Source: Actinomycetes bacterium (GTDB lineage Bacteria > Actinomycetota > Acidimicrobiia > Acidimicrobiales > GCA-2861595). From it: a DNA stretch of 64,000 nt. Of this stretch, positions 8,486-16,524 are shown piece by piece (the first letter of the stretch is position 1; every line of letters starts with the position of its first letter). Location of the stretch: positions 26,921-90,920 of the forward strand of contig JAHFUS010000003.1 in the NCBI GenBank assembly GCA_023264975.1, in the 5' to 3' direction. Under the pieces are notes generated by a model, which saw only the letters and a list, made by a program, of their open reading frames with translations, was not told the origin of the DNA and ran no database searches. Both the position numbers and the translations under genes were made by a program.

Positions 8486-9553
8486 ATGGACCTGCCCGTG
8501 ATGCCGCCAGTGGCGCCGATGCTGGCCAAGCCGGCCAAGGCGCTGCCGGCCGCGGGTGGGATGCTCTTCGAGCCCAAGTGGGACGGGTTCCGCTGCATCG
8601 TGTTCCGCGACGGCGACGAGGTGGAACTGGGCAGCCGGAACGAGAAGCCCCTCACCCGCTACTTCCCCGAGGTGGTCGCCGCCATCCGGGACCAGCTGCC
8701 CGCCAAGGTGGTGCTCGACGGGGAGATCGTGATCGCCGCCGACAAGGGGCTCGACTTTGAGGCGCTCCTACAGCGCATCCACCCGGCGGACTCGCGGGTG
8801 AAGCGCCTGGCCGAGGAGACGCCGGCGTCGTTCGTGGCCTTCGACATCCTCGCCCTCGACGACCGCGACCTCCGCAAGGTGGTGTTCGCCGAGCGCCGGG
8901 GCCTGCTGTGCGAGGCCCTGGCCGGCGTCCGCCCGCCGGTCCACGTCACCCCCTGTACCGACGACCGCGAGGTGGCCACCGACTGGTTCCACCGCTTCGA
9001 GGGCGCCGGACTCGACGGCGTGATCGCCAAGCCATCCGACCTCTCGTACCGGGAGAACGTCCGGGCCATGGTGAAGGTGAAGCACGAGCGCACGGCCGAC
9101 TGCGCCGTCGTCGGCTTCCGCTGGCACAAGAGCGGCCCCATCGTCGGCTCCCTCGTGCTCGGCCTCTACGACGACGACGGGCTGCTCCACCATGTCGGGG
9201 TGAGCGCGTCGTTCACCATGCAGCGCCGCAAGGAACTGGTCGACGAGCTGGCCCCGTACCGGGTCGAGAAGGAGGAGCCGGAGGGCGGGCGGGCCGGGCA
9301 CGGCTTCGACGGCCGGGCCCCCCAGGCCCACAGCCGCTGGAACGCCGGCCGCGACCTCTCCTTCGAGCCGCTGCGGCTGGAGCTCGTCTGCGAAGTGGCC
9401 TACGACCACCTGGAAGGTCAGCGCTTCCGCCACGCCACCACGTTCCGCCGGTGGCGGCCCGACCGGGAGCCACGGTCCTGCACCTACGCCCAGCTCGACA
9501 CGGCCGTTCCCGAGGAGCTGGCCAAGGTGTTCGGGGCGACCTCGTCCTCCTGA
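8486..9553 (+). CDS. ligC: ATP-dependent DNA ligase, stand-alone ligase domain (LigC-like)
   Basis: Motif I EPKWDGFR (adenylated Lys), followed by FVAFDIL, GLDGVIAK and VKVKHERTADCAVVG. At 355 aa it has no polymerase or nuclease extension, as in mycobacterial LigC. Confidence 0.85.
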   Translation: MDLPVMPPVAPMLAKPAKALPAAGGMLFEPKWDGFRCIVFRDGDEVELGSRNEKPLTRYFPEVVAAIRDQLPAKVVLDGEIVIAADKGLDFEALLQRIHPADSRVKRLAEETPASFVAFDILALDDRDLRKVVFAERRGLLCEALAGVRPPVHVTPCTDDREVATDWFHRFEGAGLDGVIAKPSDLSYRENVRAMVKVKHERTADCAVVGFRWHKSGPIVGSLVLGLYDDDGLLHHVGVSASFTMQRRKELVDELAPYRVEKEEPEGGRAGHGFDGRAPQAHSRWNAGRDLSFEPLRLELVCEVAYDHLEGQRFRHATTFRRWRPDREPRSCTYAQLDTAVPEELAKVFGATSSS

Positions 9554-9689
9554 CCGTTTTTCACAGTCTGACCACATGCCGTCGCCGCATGTGGAAAGTC
9601 GGCACTTCCGGCCTGCCCCTGCCGCCGGTCAGCCACCGGGGTACTGCTAGTTTCGCCCGGTTGTTCCCCCTAGGCAGGAGCCCGCGGAC

Positions 9690-11264
9690 ATGACCATGAC
9701 CCCACCCAGGCAGAAGGTCGATCGCGACGAGGTCTTCCTCGAGTACACCAAGAGCATCTGCCCCGTCTGCAAGACGGTCATCGACGCCGAGGTGAACGTC
9801 AAGGACAACAAGGTCTTCCTGCGCAAGCGCTGCGCCGAGCACGGCAAGTTCGAGGCCCTCCTCTACGGAGACGCCGAGATGTACTTCGCCTCGATGAAGT
9901 ACAACAAGCCGGGGACGTACCCGCTGGAGACCCAGACCGAGGTCAAGGACGGCTGCCCGCTCGACTGCGGCCTGTGCCCCGAGCACAAGCAGCACGCCTG
10001 CCTCGGCATCATCGAGGTCAACAGCGGTTGCAACCTCGACTGCCCCATCTGCTTCGCCGACTCGGGCCACCAGCCCGACGGCTTCTCGCTCACCATGGAC
10101 CAGGTGGAGGCCGGCCTCGACGCCTTCGTGCGCTCCGAGGGCGAGCCCGAGGTCGTGATGTTCTCGGGCGGCGAGCCCACCATCCACCCCCTCATCCTCG
10201 ACTTCATCAAGATGGCGCAGGACAAGGGCGTCCACATGGTGACGCTCAACACCAACGGCATCCGCCTGGCCCACGACCGCAACTTCGTGCGCCAGCTGGC
10301 CGAGCTGAAGCCCACGATCTACATGCAGTTCGACGGCTTCGACCCCGAGACCCACATCAAGATCCGCGGCCGTGACCTGCGCGAGGCCAAGCAGAAGGCG
10401 CTCGACAACTGCGCCGAGTTCGGCCTCGGCGTCTCCCTGGTGGCGGCCATCGAGAAGGGCCTCAACGAGCACGAGCTGGGCGACATCATCCGCTTCGGCA
10501 TAAAGCACCCGGCCGTGAAGTCCGTGGCCTACCAGCCGGTCACCCACTCCGGTCGCCACGTGGAGTTCGACCCCATGCAGCGGCTCACCAACTCCGACAT
10601 CATCCACGGCCTGGTGGACCAGTGCAGCGACTGGTTCAAGCTCTCCGACTTCGTGCCCGTGCCGTGCTGCTTCCCCACCTGCCGCTCCATCACCTACCTG
10701 CTGGTGGAGGGCGACAACGTGGTGCCCATCCCGCGCCTGCTCGACGTGGACAACTACCTCGACTACGTGAGCAACCGGGTCATGCCCGACATGAGCGTGC
10801 GGGGCGCCCTGGAGAAGCTGTGGAGCGCGTCGGCCGTCCCCGGCGGCGACGGCAACACCAGCAGCCAACTGGAGTGCGCCACCTGCGGCATCGACCTGCC
10901 GGAGGCGCTGAAGGACATCGCCGACAAGTCGTTCATGGTCGTGATCCAGGACTTCCAGGACCCCTACACGCTCAACGTGAAGGCCCTGATGAAGTGCTGC
11001 GTCGAGGAGATCACCCCCGACGGCCGCCTCATCCCCTTCTGCGCCTACAACTCGGTGGGCTACCGCGAGGAGATCCGTGAGCAGCTCAGCGGCGCCTTCG
11101 TGCCCACCATCGTGCCCAACGCCACCGAGCTCCAGCCCATCCTCCTCACCACCAAGTACGGCTCCAAGATGTTCGGCCAGGCGGCCAACGGCGGCGACGA
11201 GGCGTCCGACCCGTCCAAGCACGTCCCCGCCGACGCCACCAACATCGGCAAGACCCTCCGGTGA
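9690..11264 (+). CDS. Radical SAM enzyme with N-terminal zinc-ribbon and extra Cys clusters (COG1964 / MJ0619-Tes-like architecture)
   Basis: CxxxCxxC cluster GCNLDCPICF (about 10028-10051) followed by FSGGEPT. The N-terminal ICPVCKTVI...CAEHG looks like a zinc ribbon. Additional Cys clusters are CPLDCGLCPEHKQHAC, PCCFPTC (about 10655-10685) and KCCVEEITPDGRLIPFCAYN. Confidence 0.85.
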   Translation: MTMTPPRQKVDRDEVFLEYTKSICPVCKTVIDAEVNVKDNKVFLRKRCAEHGKFEALLYGDAEMYFASMKYNKPGTYPLETQTEVKDGCPLDCGLCPEHKQHACLGIIEVNSGCNLDCPICFADSGHQPDGFSLTMDQVEAGLDAFVRSEGEPEVVMFSGGEPTIHPLILDFIKMAQDKGVHMVTLNTNGIRLAHDRNFVRQLAELKPTIYMQFDGFDPETHIKIRGRDLREAKQKALDNCAEFGLGVSLVAAIEKGLNEHELGDIIRFGIKHPAVKSVAYQPVTHSGRHVEFDPMQRLTNSDIIHGLVDQCSDWFKLSDFVPVPCCFPTCRSITYLLVEGDNVVPIPRLLDVDNYLDYVSNRVMPDMSVRGALEKLWSASAVPGGDGNTSSQLECATCGIDLPEALKDIADKSFMVVIQDFQDPYTLNVKALMKCCVEEITPDGRLIPFCAYNSVGYREEIREQLSGAFVPTIVPNATELQPILLTTKYGSKMFGQAANGGDEASDPSKHVPADATNIGKTLR

Positions 11265-11282
11265 GCCCCCGAAGCCGGTCCC

Positions 11283-11319
11283 GAGTAAATAGGGTGTCAA
11301 AACGACGCCCTATTTACTC
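11283..11319. repeat. AT-rich inverted repeat (12-bp perfect arms, 13-nt spacer) between the radical-SAM and methyltransferase genes
   Basis: GAGTAAATAGGG (11283-11294) pairs with CCCTATTTACTC (11308-11319). It stands out as an AT-rich island in about 70% GC DNA. It could be an operator or an attenuator/terminator. Confidence 0.5.
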
Positions 11320-11328
11320 GAAAGGCGG

Positions 11329-12132
11329 GTGGGGGGCGTGAGCGAGGCGGCGCAGGACCCCGAGGACGTGAAGCTGTGCTGCGCCACCGCGTACCAGCGT
11401 GACGCCGTCGCCCTGATCCTGGGCGAGTCTTACCACCCGGGCGGGCTCGATCTCACCCGCCGGCTGGGGCGGGCCCTCGAGCTGCGGCGGGGCCAGCGGG
11501 TGCTCGACGTGGCCAGCGGGCCCGGCGCCACCGCGTTCCTCCTGGCCGCCGAGTTCGGTGTGGCCGTGGAGGGCGTGGACCTGGGCGACCAGTCGGTCGC
11601 TTCGGCCAACGCCAAGGCGGCGGCCAACGGCCTGGGCGACACGGTGCGCTTCACCGTTGGCGACGCCGAGCGGCTGCCCCTCGACGACGAGTCGGTCGAC
11701 GCGGTGGTGTGCGAGTGCGCCTTCTGCACGTTCCCCGACAAGGCCACCGCCGCGTCGGAGATGGCCCGGGTGCTCAAGCCCGGCGGGCGCATCGGGATCA
11801 CCGACGTGGCCCTCGACCCCAACCGCCTGCACGACGAGCTGAAGACGCTGGCCGGATGGGTGGCCTGCCTTGCCGACGCCCGGCCCGTGGAGCAGTACGT
11901 CGACCTCCTCGGCGACGCCGGCCTGAAGGTCACCGTGCGGGAGGACCACCACGACGCCCTGGCCAAGATGATCGACCAGATCGACGCCCGCCTCATCGCC
12001 TTCCGCATGGCCAGGGTGCCGGCGCTGGAGTCGATCGACTTCGACACCGCCCGCCAGCGGGTCGCCTTGGCCGCCCAGGCCGTGCGCGACGGCATCGCCG
12101 GCTACACCCTGCTGATCGCCGAGAAGGTCTAG
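11329..12132 (+). CDS. Class I SAM-dependent methyltransferase, ArsM (arsenite methyltransferase)-like
   Basis: SAM motif I is VLDVASGPGATAF. The layout is ArsM-like: N-terminal CC pair (VKLCCATAY), CECAFCTFPDK where ArsM has SNCVINLSPDK, VLKPGGRIGITDV, and WVACLADA where ArsM has the CIAGA cysteine. The GCGNP cysteine is replaced (SYHPGG). Confidence 0.75.
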   Translation: MGGVSEAAQDPEDVKLCCATAYQRDAVALILGESYHPGGLDLTRRLGRALELRRGQRVLDVASGPGATAFLLAAEFGVAVEGVDLGDQSVASANAKAAANGLGDTVRFTVGDAERLPLDDESVDAVVCECAFCTFPDKATAASEMARVLKPGGRIGITDVALDPNRLHDELKTLAGWVACLADARPVEQYVDLLGDAGLKVTVREDHHDALAKMIDQIDARLIAFRMARVPALESIDFDTARQRVALAAQAVRDGIAGYTLLIAEKV

Positions 12133-12258
12133 CCCCCCCGTTCTCGTCGGCGTGGAGCGGACTTCGCGCCGTTGTACCGACAGGAACGGACCGGCTGCTC
12201 GCAGGACCGGCGTCGATCGGGCATGCTCTGGGGCATTCACGCTTCCGGAGGTCGCCAG

Positions 12259-12636
12259 ATGCACCGTCGAGTCGCCGCGTTCGCCGTCGTCCTGCTGAGC
12301 GGGCTGGTGCTCGCCGGCTGCGGTGCAGACGACACGGGCGGCGCTGTCGCCGAGCCGCCCGCCGCCGACGTGAAGAAGGTCGACGTGAAGGCGGCCGGCT
12401 TCGCCTTCAACCCGACCGCGATCCAGCTCACGGCGGGCGAGGACGTGCAGTTCGTGATCGACAACGGCGACGAGGTCGAGCACAGCCTCACCATCGACGG
12501 CCTCGGCGTGGACCAGGACGTCGAGGGCGGGAAGTCCGCCGAGGCGCCTGTCACCAAGGACCTCAAGGCAGGCACCTACAAGTACCACTGCAAATACCAC
12601 CCGGCGCAGATGCAGGGGACCGTCACCGTCACCTGA
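12259..12636 (+). CDS. Cupredoxin-fold (type-1 copper) lipoprotein
   Basis: ATG at 12259 is preceded by GGAGG. The signal ends in lipobox LAGC. Candidate ligand set is EH...C-x2-H-x3-M (VEHSL ... YHCKYHPAQM). Confidence 0.75.
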   Translation: MHRRVAAFAVVLLSGLVLAGCGADDTGGAVAEPPAADVKKVDVKAAGFAFNPTAIQLTAGEDVQFVIDNGDEVEHSLTIDGLGVDQDVEGGKSAEAPVTKDLKAGTYKYHCKYHPAQMQGTVTVT

Positions 12637-12660
12637 CGAGGGCCTGAGCCTTCGTAGGGG

Positions 12661-12863
12661 CTACAGCGGGCGGAAGCGGCGCAGGCGGAGGCTATTGGAG
12701 ACGACGAACACGCTCGACAGGCCCATCGACGCCCATAGCTCTGCGGCTCGCCGTCGGGGCGGGTGATGACGAAGCGATAGGGCCCGCCCGCCGCATCGGG
12801 CGTCGTGGTTGCCGGCGCCGGCCAGGCCGGCGCCGAAGGCGGCAGCTGGGCGCGGGCGTTCAT
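12661..12863 (-). pseudogene. Remnant of a copper P-type ATPase (copA/ctpV-like) directly downstream of copZ
   Basis: The reverse strand ending at TAG (12663-12661) reads ...LWASMGLSSVFVVSNSLRLRRFRPL*, the characteristic last TM and C-terminus of CopA-type P1B ATPases. An ATG overlaps the copZ stop (ATGA at 12863-12860) and opens a different frame whose translation has no ATPase motifs. About 200 nt remain where about 2.2 kb would be expected. Confidence 0.5.
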
Positions 12864-13066
12864 GACGCCAGTTCGTAGCCGGCCTCGTCGACGGCCTCGG
12901 CCACCGAGGCCCGGTCCAGCGGCTCGGTGCTCTCCACGGTGACGGCGCCGGTGGCGAGGTCGACGTCCACCAGGGTGACGCCTTCGAGGTGGCTGAGCCC
13001 CGTGGTGACCGCGTTCTTGCAGTGGTCGCATGTCATGCCGGTGACGGTGAAGGTCTCGCTGGCCAT
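12860..13066 (-). CDS. copZ: Copper chaperone CopZ (heavy-metal-associated domain)
   Basis: ATG at 13066 is preceded by GAGGAG. The protein MASETFTVTGMTCDHCKNAV... carries the GMTCxxC motif. Length 68 aa. Confidence 0.85.
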   Translation of the reverse strand: MASETFTVTGMTCDHCKNAVTTGLSHLEGVTLVDVDLATGAVTVESTEPLDRASVAEAVDEAGYELAS

Positions 13067-13103
13067 GGTCGGCTCCTCGCTCTTGGGACTGCTGTAAAGA
13101 CAC

Positions 13104-13122
13104 CATACCCCACTAGGGTATG
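13104..13122. promoter_or_regulatory. CsoR-type operator-like palindrome upstream of copZ
   Basis: CATACCC-CACTA-GGGTATG has perfect 7-bp arms and lies 38 nt upstream of the copZ ATG. It resembles the ATACCC...GGGTAT operators bound by CsoR in Bacillus, Streptomyces and Mycobacterium. Confidence 0.5.
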
Positions 13123-13287
13123 ACCGACCGGGTCGCCGAGACTTCCGGGGGCGGCGGGCCGTCGGGTCGGCGAAACGCTGCGAGAAGGGTGACGACCTGC
13201 CGACCAGAATCACGGAACCGGACAGGAAGCTCGCAAAAGCGAGCGTAATTACTAGGAGAAGCTTGCGGGTGCGGCTACACTCGCCGA

Positions 13288-13695
13288 GTGGGGCCGAAGC
13301 ATGCGTACCGCCTGGGCCAGGCCGCCGAGCTCCTCGGCGTGAGCGTCGACACCGTGCGCCGGTGGGCCGACGACGGCCAGCTCGTCACGACCCGCACGGG
13401 GGGAGGGCAGCGCATGGTGGACGGCGCCTCGCTGGCGGCGTTCCTCGCCGACCACGGCGACGCCCCCGATGCGGCCGCCGTGGTCGGGCAGTCCGCCCGC
13501 AACCGACTCCCCGTCATTGTGACCCGGGTGGTGAAGGACAAGGTGGCGGCGCAGGTGGAGATGCGGGCCGGGCCCTTCCGGATCGTGTCGCTGATGACCC
13601 GGGAGGCGGCCGACGAGCTCGGCCTGGCGCCGGGCGTGCTGGCGGTGGCGTCGGTGAAGTCCACCAACGTGGTCGTCGAGCTCACCGCCCGGTGA
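13288..13695 (+). CDS. HTH (MerR/excisionase-type) plus TOBE/Mop-domain molybdate-responsive regulator
   Basis: The N-terminal YRLGQAAELLGVSVDTVRRWADDGQL is an HTH. The C-terminal SARNRLPVIVTRVVKDKVAAQVEMRAGPFRIVSLMT...VKSTNVVVE is a TOBE domain. Its stop overlaps the modA start (GTGATG at 13692-13697). Confidence 0.8.
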   Translation: MGPKHAYRLGQAAELLGVSVDTVRRWADDGQLVTTRTGGGQRMVDGASLAAFLADHGDAPDAAAVVGQSARNRLPVIVTRVVKDKVAAQVEMRAGPFRIVSLMTREAADELGLAPGVLAVASVKSTNVVVELTAR

Positions 13696-14516
13696 TGCCC
13701 CGCCGGGCATGCGCGATCGTGGCGCTCACGGTCTGCTGTGCGTTGGCAGCCGGCGCCTGTGGGTCGGGCAACGCAGCCACGACCACCACGGCGGCGACCG
13801 CCACGACCACGACTACAACCACGGTGGCCGACCCCGTGACGGGCGAACTCGTTGTGCTGGCCGCCTCGTCGCTCGTCGAACCGTTCGAGGAGCTGGGCCG
13901 GATGTTCGAGGCCGGGCACCCCGACGTGAAGGTGACCTTCAGCTTCGCCGGGTCCTCCGACCTGGCCCGCCAGATCGACGCCGGTGCGCCCGCCGACGTG
14001 TTCGCCAGCGCCGACGAGAAGACCATGGCGGCCGTGGTCGCCGCCGGGCAGGCCGCCGAGCCTGTGGTTGTGGCCCGCAACCGCCTGGCCGTCATCGTGG
14101 AGAAGGGCAACCCCAAGGGCGTCCGGACGCTGGCCGACCTGGCGAGGAGCGATGTCGTTCTTGTGCTTTGCGCAGCCGAGGTGCCGTGCGGCCGCCTGGC
14201 TGCGGCCGCCTTCCGGAAGGCCGGGGTGGCCGCCGAGCCGGCGTCGCTCGAAGCAAACGTGAAGGCCGTCGTGTCGAAGGTGACGCTGGGCGAGGCCGAT
14301 GCCGGCATCGTCTACCGCAGTGACGTGCAGGCGGCCCGCGACAAGGTTGAGGGCGTCGACGTGGTCGAAGGTGCCGACGCCGCCCTTCAGGCCGTGTACC
14401 CGGTGGCCCTCACCACGGCCGCCGCCAACCGGGTTGCAGCCAAGGCATGGGTGGACCTCGTCAGGTCAGCGGGCGGCCTGCGGGCGCTTGCGGCGGCGGG
14501 CTTCCTCGGGCCATGA
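13695..14516 (+). CDS. modA: Molybdate ABC transporter substrate-binding lipoprotein
   Basis: Signal plus lipobox (LAAGAC) and a Thr-rich linker. ModA-like core: LVVLAASSL...FSFAGSSDLARQI...DVFASAD...GIVYRSD. Confidence 0.85.
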   Translation: MPRRACAIVALTVCCALAAGACGSGNAATTTTAATATTTTTTTVADPVTGELVVLAASSLVEPFEELGRMFEAGHPDVKVTFSFAGSSDLARQIDAGAPADVFASADEKTMAAVVAAGQAAEPVVVARNRLAVIVEKGNPKGVRTLADLARSDVVLVLCAAEVPCGRLAAAAFRKAGVAAEPASLEANVKAVVSKVTLGEADAGIVYRSDVQAARDKVEGVDVVEGADAALQAVYPVALTTAAANRVAAKAWVDLVRSAGGLRALAAAGFLGP

Positions 14517-15304
14517 GCCGCCGGCCGGCGCTGTCGCCGGCGGTCGCCGTCCCTGCCGTTGCCGCCGGCGCCTTCCTCGCCCTGCCCCTCGCGGCCCTCG
14601 TGTGGCGGGCGCCGTGGGCCGCTCTATGGTCCGACCTCACCGATCCGGCCGCCCGCACGGCCCTGCGTCTCTCACTGGTCTGCTCACTGTGGGCCACCGT
14701 CCTGGCGGTGGGCCTGGGCCTGCCCCTGGCGTGGGCCCTGGCCCGGGTGCCGTTCCCGGGCCGGCGCCTGGTGCGCGCCTTGGTGCTCGTGCCCCTCGTG
14801 CTTCCGCCGGTGGTGGGCGGTGTCGCCCTGCTGCTGGCGCTCGGACGGCGGGGGGTGGTGGGCCGGTACCTCGACCAGTGGTTCTCCCTCAGACTGCCGT
14901 TCACCACGGCGGGGGCGGCCGTGGCCGAGGCCTTCGTGGCCATGCCCTTCCTGGTGCTCACCGCCGAGGCCGCCTTCCGCAGCGCCGACCGGCGCTACGA
15001 GGACGCCGCCCGCACCCTCGGCGCCGGCGGGTGGACGGTGTTCCGACGGGTCACGCTGCCCCTGACGTGGCCGGCGCTGGCCGCCGGCGGCCTGCTGGCG
15101 TGGGCGCGCGCCCTCGGCGAGTTCGGCGCCACCATCACCTTCGCCGGCAACGCTCCCGGTCGCACCACCACCATCCCCCTCCAGGTCTTCCTGCTGCTGG
15201 AGTCGGGCCGGCTCGGCTCCGCCCTGGCCCTCAGTCTGGTGCTCCTGGCCGTCTCGGTGACGGTGCTGGCCGTGCTGCGGGACCGGTGGCTGGGGGCCCT
15301 GTGA
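14513..15304 (+). CDS. modB: Molybdate ABC transporter permease
   Basis: ATGA overlap with modA. Multi-TM protein with an EAA-type loop (EDAARTLGAGGWTVFRRVTLP). Confidence 0.9.
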   Translation: MSRRPALSPAVAVPAVAAGAFLALPLAALVWRAPWAALWSDLTDPAARTALRLSLVCSLWATVLAVGLGLPLAWALARVPFPGRRLVRALVLVPLVLPPVVGGVALLLALGRRGVVGRYLDQWFSLRLPFTTAGAAVAEAFVAMPFLVLTAEAAFRSADRRYEDAARTLGAGGWTVFRRVTLPLTWPALAAGGLLAWARALGEFGATITFAGNAPGRTTTIPLQVFLLLESGRLGSALALSLVLLAVSVTVLAVLRDRWLGAL

Positions 15305-16365
15305 CCGCCTCCGACGGGCTCTCGGCCGAGGTCGAGGTCCGCCTCGGAGCGCTCGACCTGCGCGTCCGCTTGGCCGTGGCGCCGGGCGAGACGGTGGCCG
15401 TGCTCGGGCCCAACGGCGCCGGGAAGACCACTCTGCTGCGGGCCCTGGCCGGCCTCCACGATGTCGACTCCGGCACGGTCGTGCTCGACGGCGAGGTGCT
15501 GGAGGACACCGCCGGCGGTCGGCGGGTGCCCTGTGAGCAGCGTTCCGTCGGCATGGTGTTCCAGGCCAACCTGCTGTTCCCTCACATGTCCGCTCTCGAG
15601 AACGTGGCGTTCGGGCTGCGGGCGCGGGGCGTCCGCAAGGGCGAGGCGCGCCGGCGGGCGGGGGACTGGCTCGACCGGGTGGGGCTGGCTGCCCACGCCC
15701 AGGCCACGCCGGACCGGCTGTCCGGCGGCGAGGCCCAGCGTGTGGCCCTGGCCCGGGCGCTGGCCGGCGACCCTCGCCTCCTGCTGCTCGACGAGCCCCT
15801 GGCCGCCCTCGACGCCTCGGTCCGGGGCGCCATGCGGCGCGAACTCCGCACCCACCTCGCTGCTGCGCCCGGCGTCCGGGTGGTGGTGACGCACGATGCG
15901 GTGGATGCGGCTGCGCTGGCCGACCGCCTCGTGGTGCTCGAGGGCGGGCGGGTCACCCAGGAGGGAACGCTGGCCGAGCTCACCGCCCGCCCCCGGTCGC
16001 GGTACGTGGCCGACCTGGTGGGGGTGAACCTGTTCACGGGCCGGGCCGACGGCACGGCCGTCACCGTCACCGGCGGCTTCGTCCTCACCGTGGCGGAGCA
16101 GGCGTCGGGCGACGTGTTGGTGGCCGTGCCTCCCCGGGCTGTCACGCTCCATCACCGCCGGCCGGACGGGTCTCCCCGCAACGTCTGGGAGGCGTCGGCG
16201 GCGGCGGTCGAACATGAGGGCGACCGCGTCCGGGTGTCCCTGGCCGGCCCTGTCGCCATCGTGGCCGAGGTGACGGCGGCGGCGGCCGGCGAGCTGGCGC
16301 TGGAGGCGGGCGGCCCGGTGTGGGTGGCCGTGAAGGCCACCGAGATCGACGTCTTCCCCGCCTGA
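15301..16365 (+). CDS. modC: Molybdate ABC transporter ATPase with C-terminal TOBE-like domain
   Basis: GTGA overlap with modB. Walker A GPNGAGKT, signature LSGGEAQR, Walker B LLLLDEP. Confidence 0.9.
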   Translation: MTASDGLSAEVEVRLGALDLRVRLAVAPGETVAVLGPNGAGKTTLLRALAGLHDVDSGTVVLDGEVLEDTAGGRRVPCEQRSVGMVFQANLLFPHMSALENVAFGLRARGVRKGEARRRAGDWLDRVGLAAHAQATPDRLSGGEAQRVALARALAGDPRLLLLDEPLAALDASVRGAMRRELRTHLAAAPGVRVVVTHDAVDAAALADRLVVLEGGRVTQEGTLAELTARPRSRYVADLVGVNLFTGRADGTAVTVTGGFVLTVAEQASGDVLVAVPPRAVTLHHRRPDGSPRNVWEASAAAVEHEGDRVRVSLAGPVAIVAEVTAAAAGELALEAGGPVWVAVKATEIDVFPA

Positions 16366-16524
16366 GCCCTGAACGGCGCATCAGACTGCGTCACCACAGC
16401 CAGCGGTACCCGAATCGCACCAATCAGTTCGTAAGCATTGACATCGGTCGGGTGCTCTGGTTCTCTTCCCCCCAAGAGAGCAGTTTCGGACCCGTGCGGG
16501 ATACGGGCTCAGCCAGGGGGCAAT

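Noticed and set aside
9572-9594. The hairpin CCACATGC-CGTCGCC-GCATGTGG just after the ligase gene.
   Set aside because: It is a plausible weak terminator, but the stem is only 8 bp and there is no U-tract. I did not list it as a feature.
13781-13845. A run of ACC/ACG codons (TTTTAATATTTTTTT) that looks like a nucleotide repeat.
   Set aside because: It is the Thr-rich linker after the ModA lipobox. The codons are mixed rather than a true tandem repeat, which is ordinary for actinobacterial lipoproteins.
16437-16480. TTGACA followed by a small TCTCTT-CCCCCC-AAGAGA hairpin, upstream of the giant-protein operon.
   Set aside because: No acceptable -10 hexamer lies at 16-19 nt spacing, and the hairpin has only 6 bp. 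The evidence is insufficient to call a promoter or regulator.
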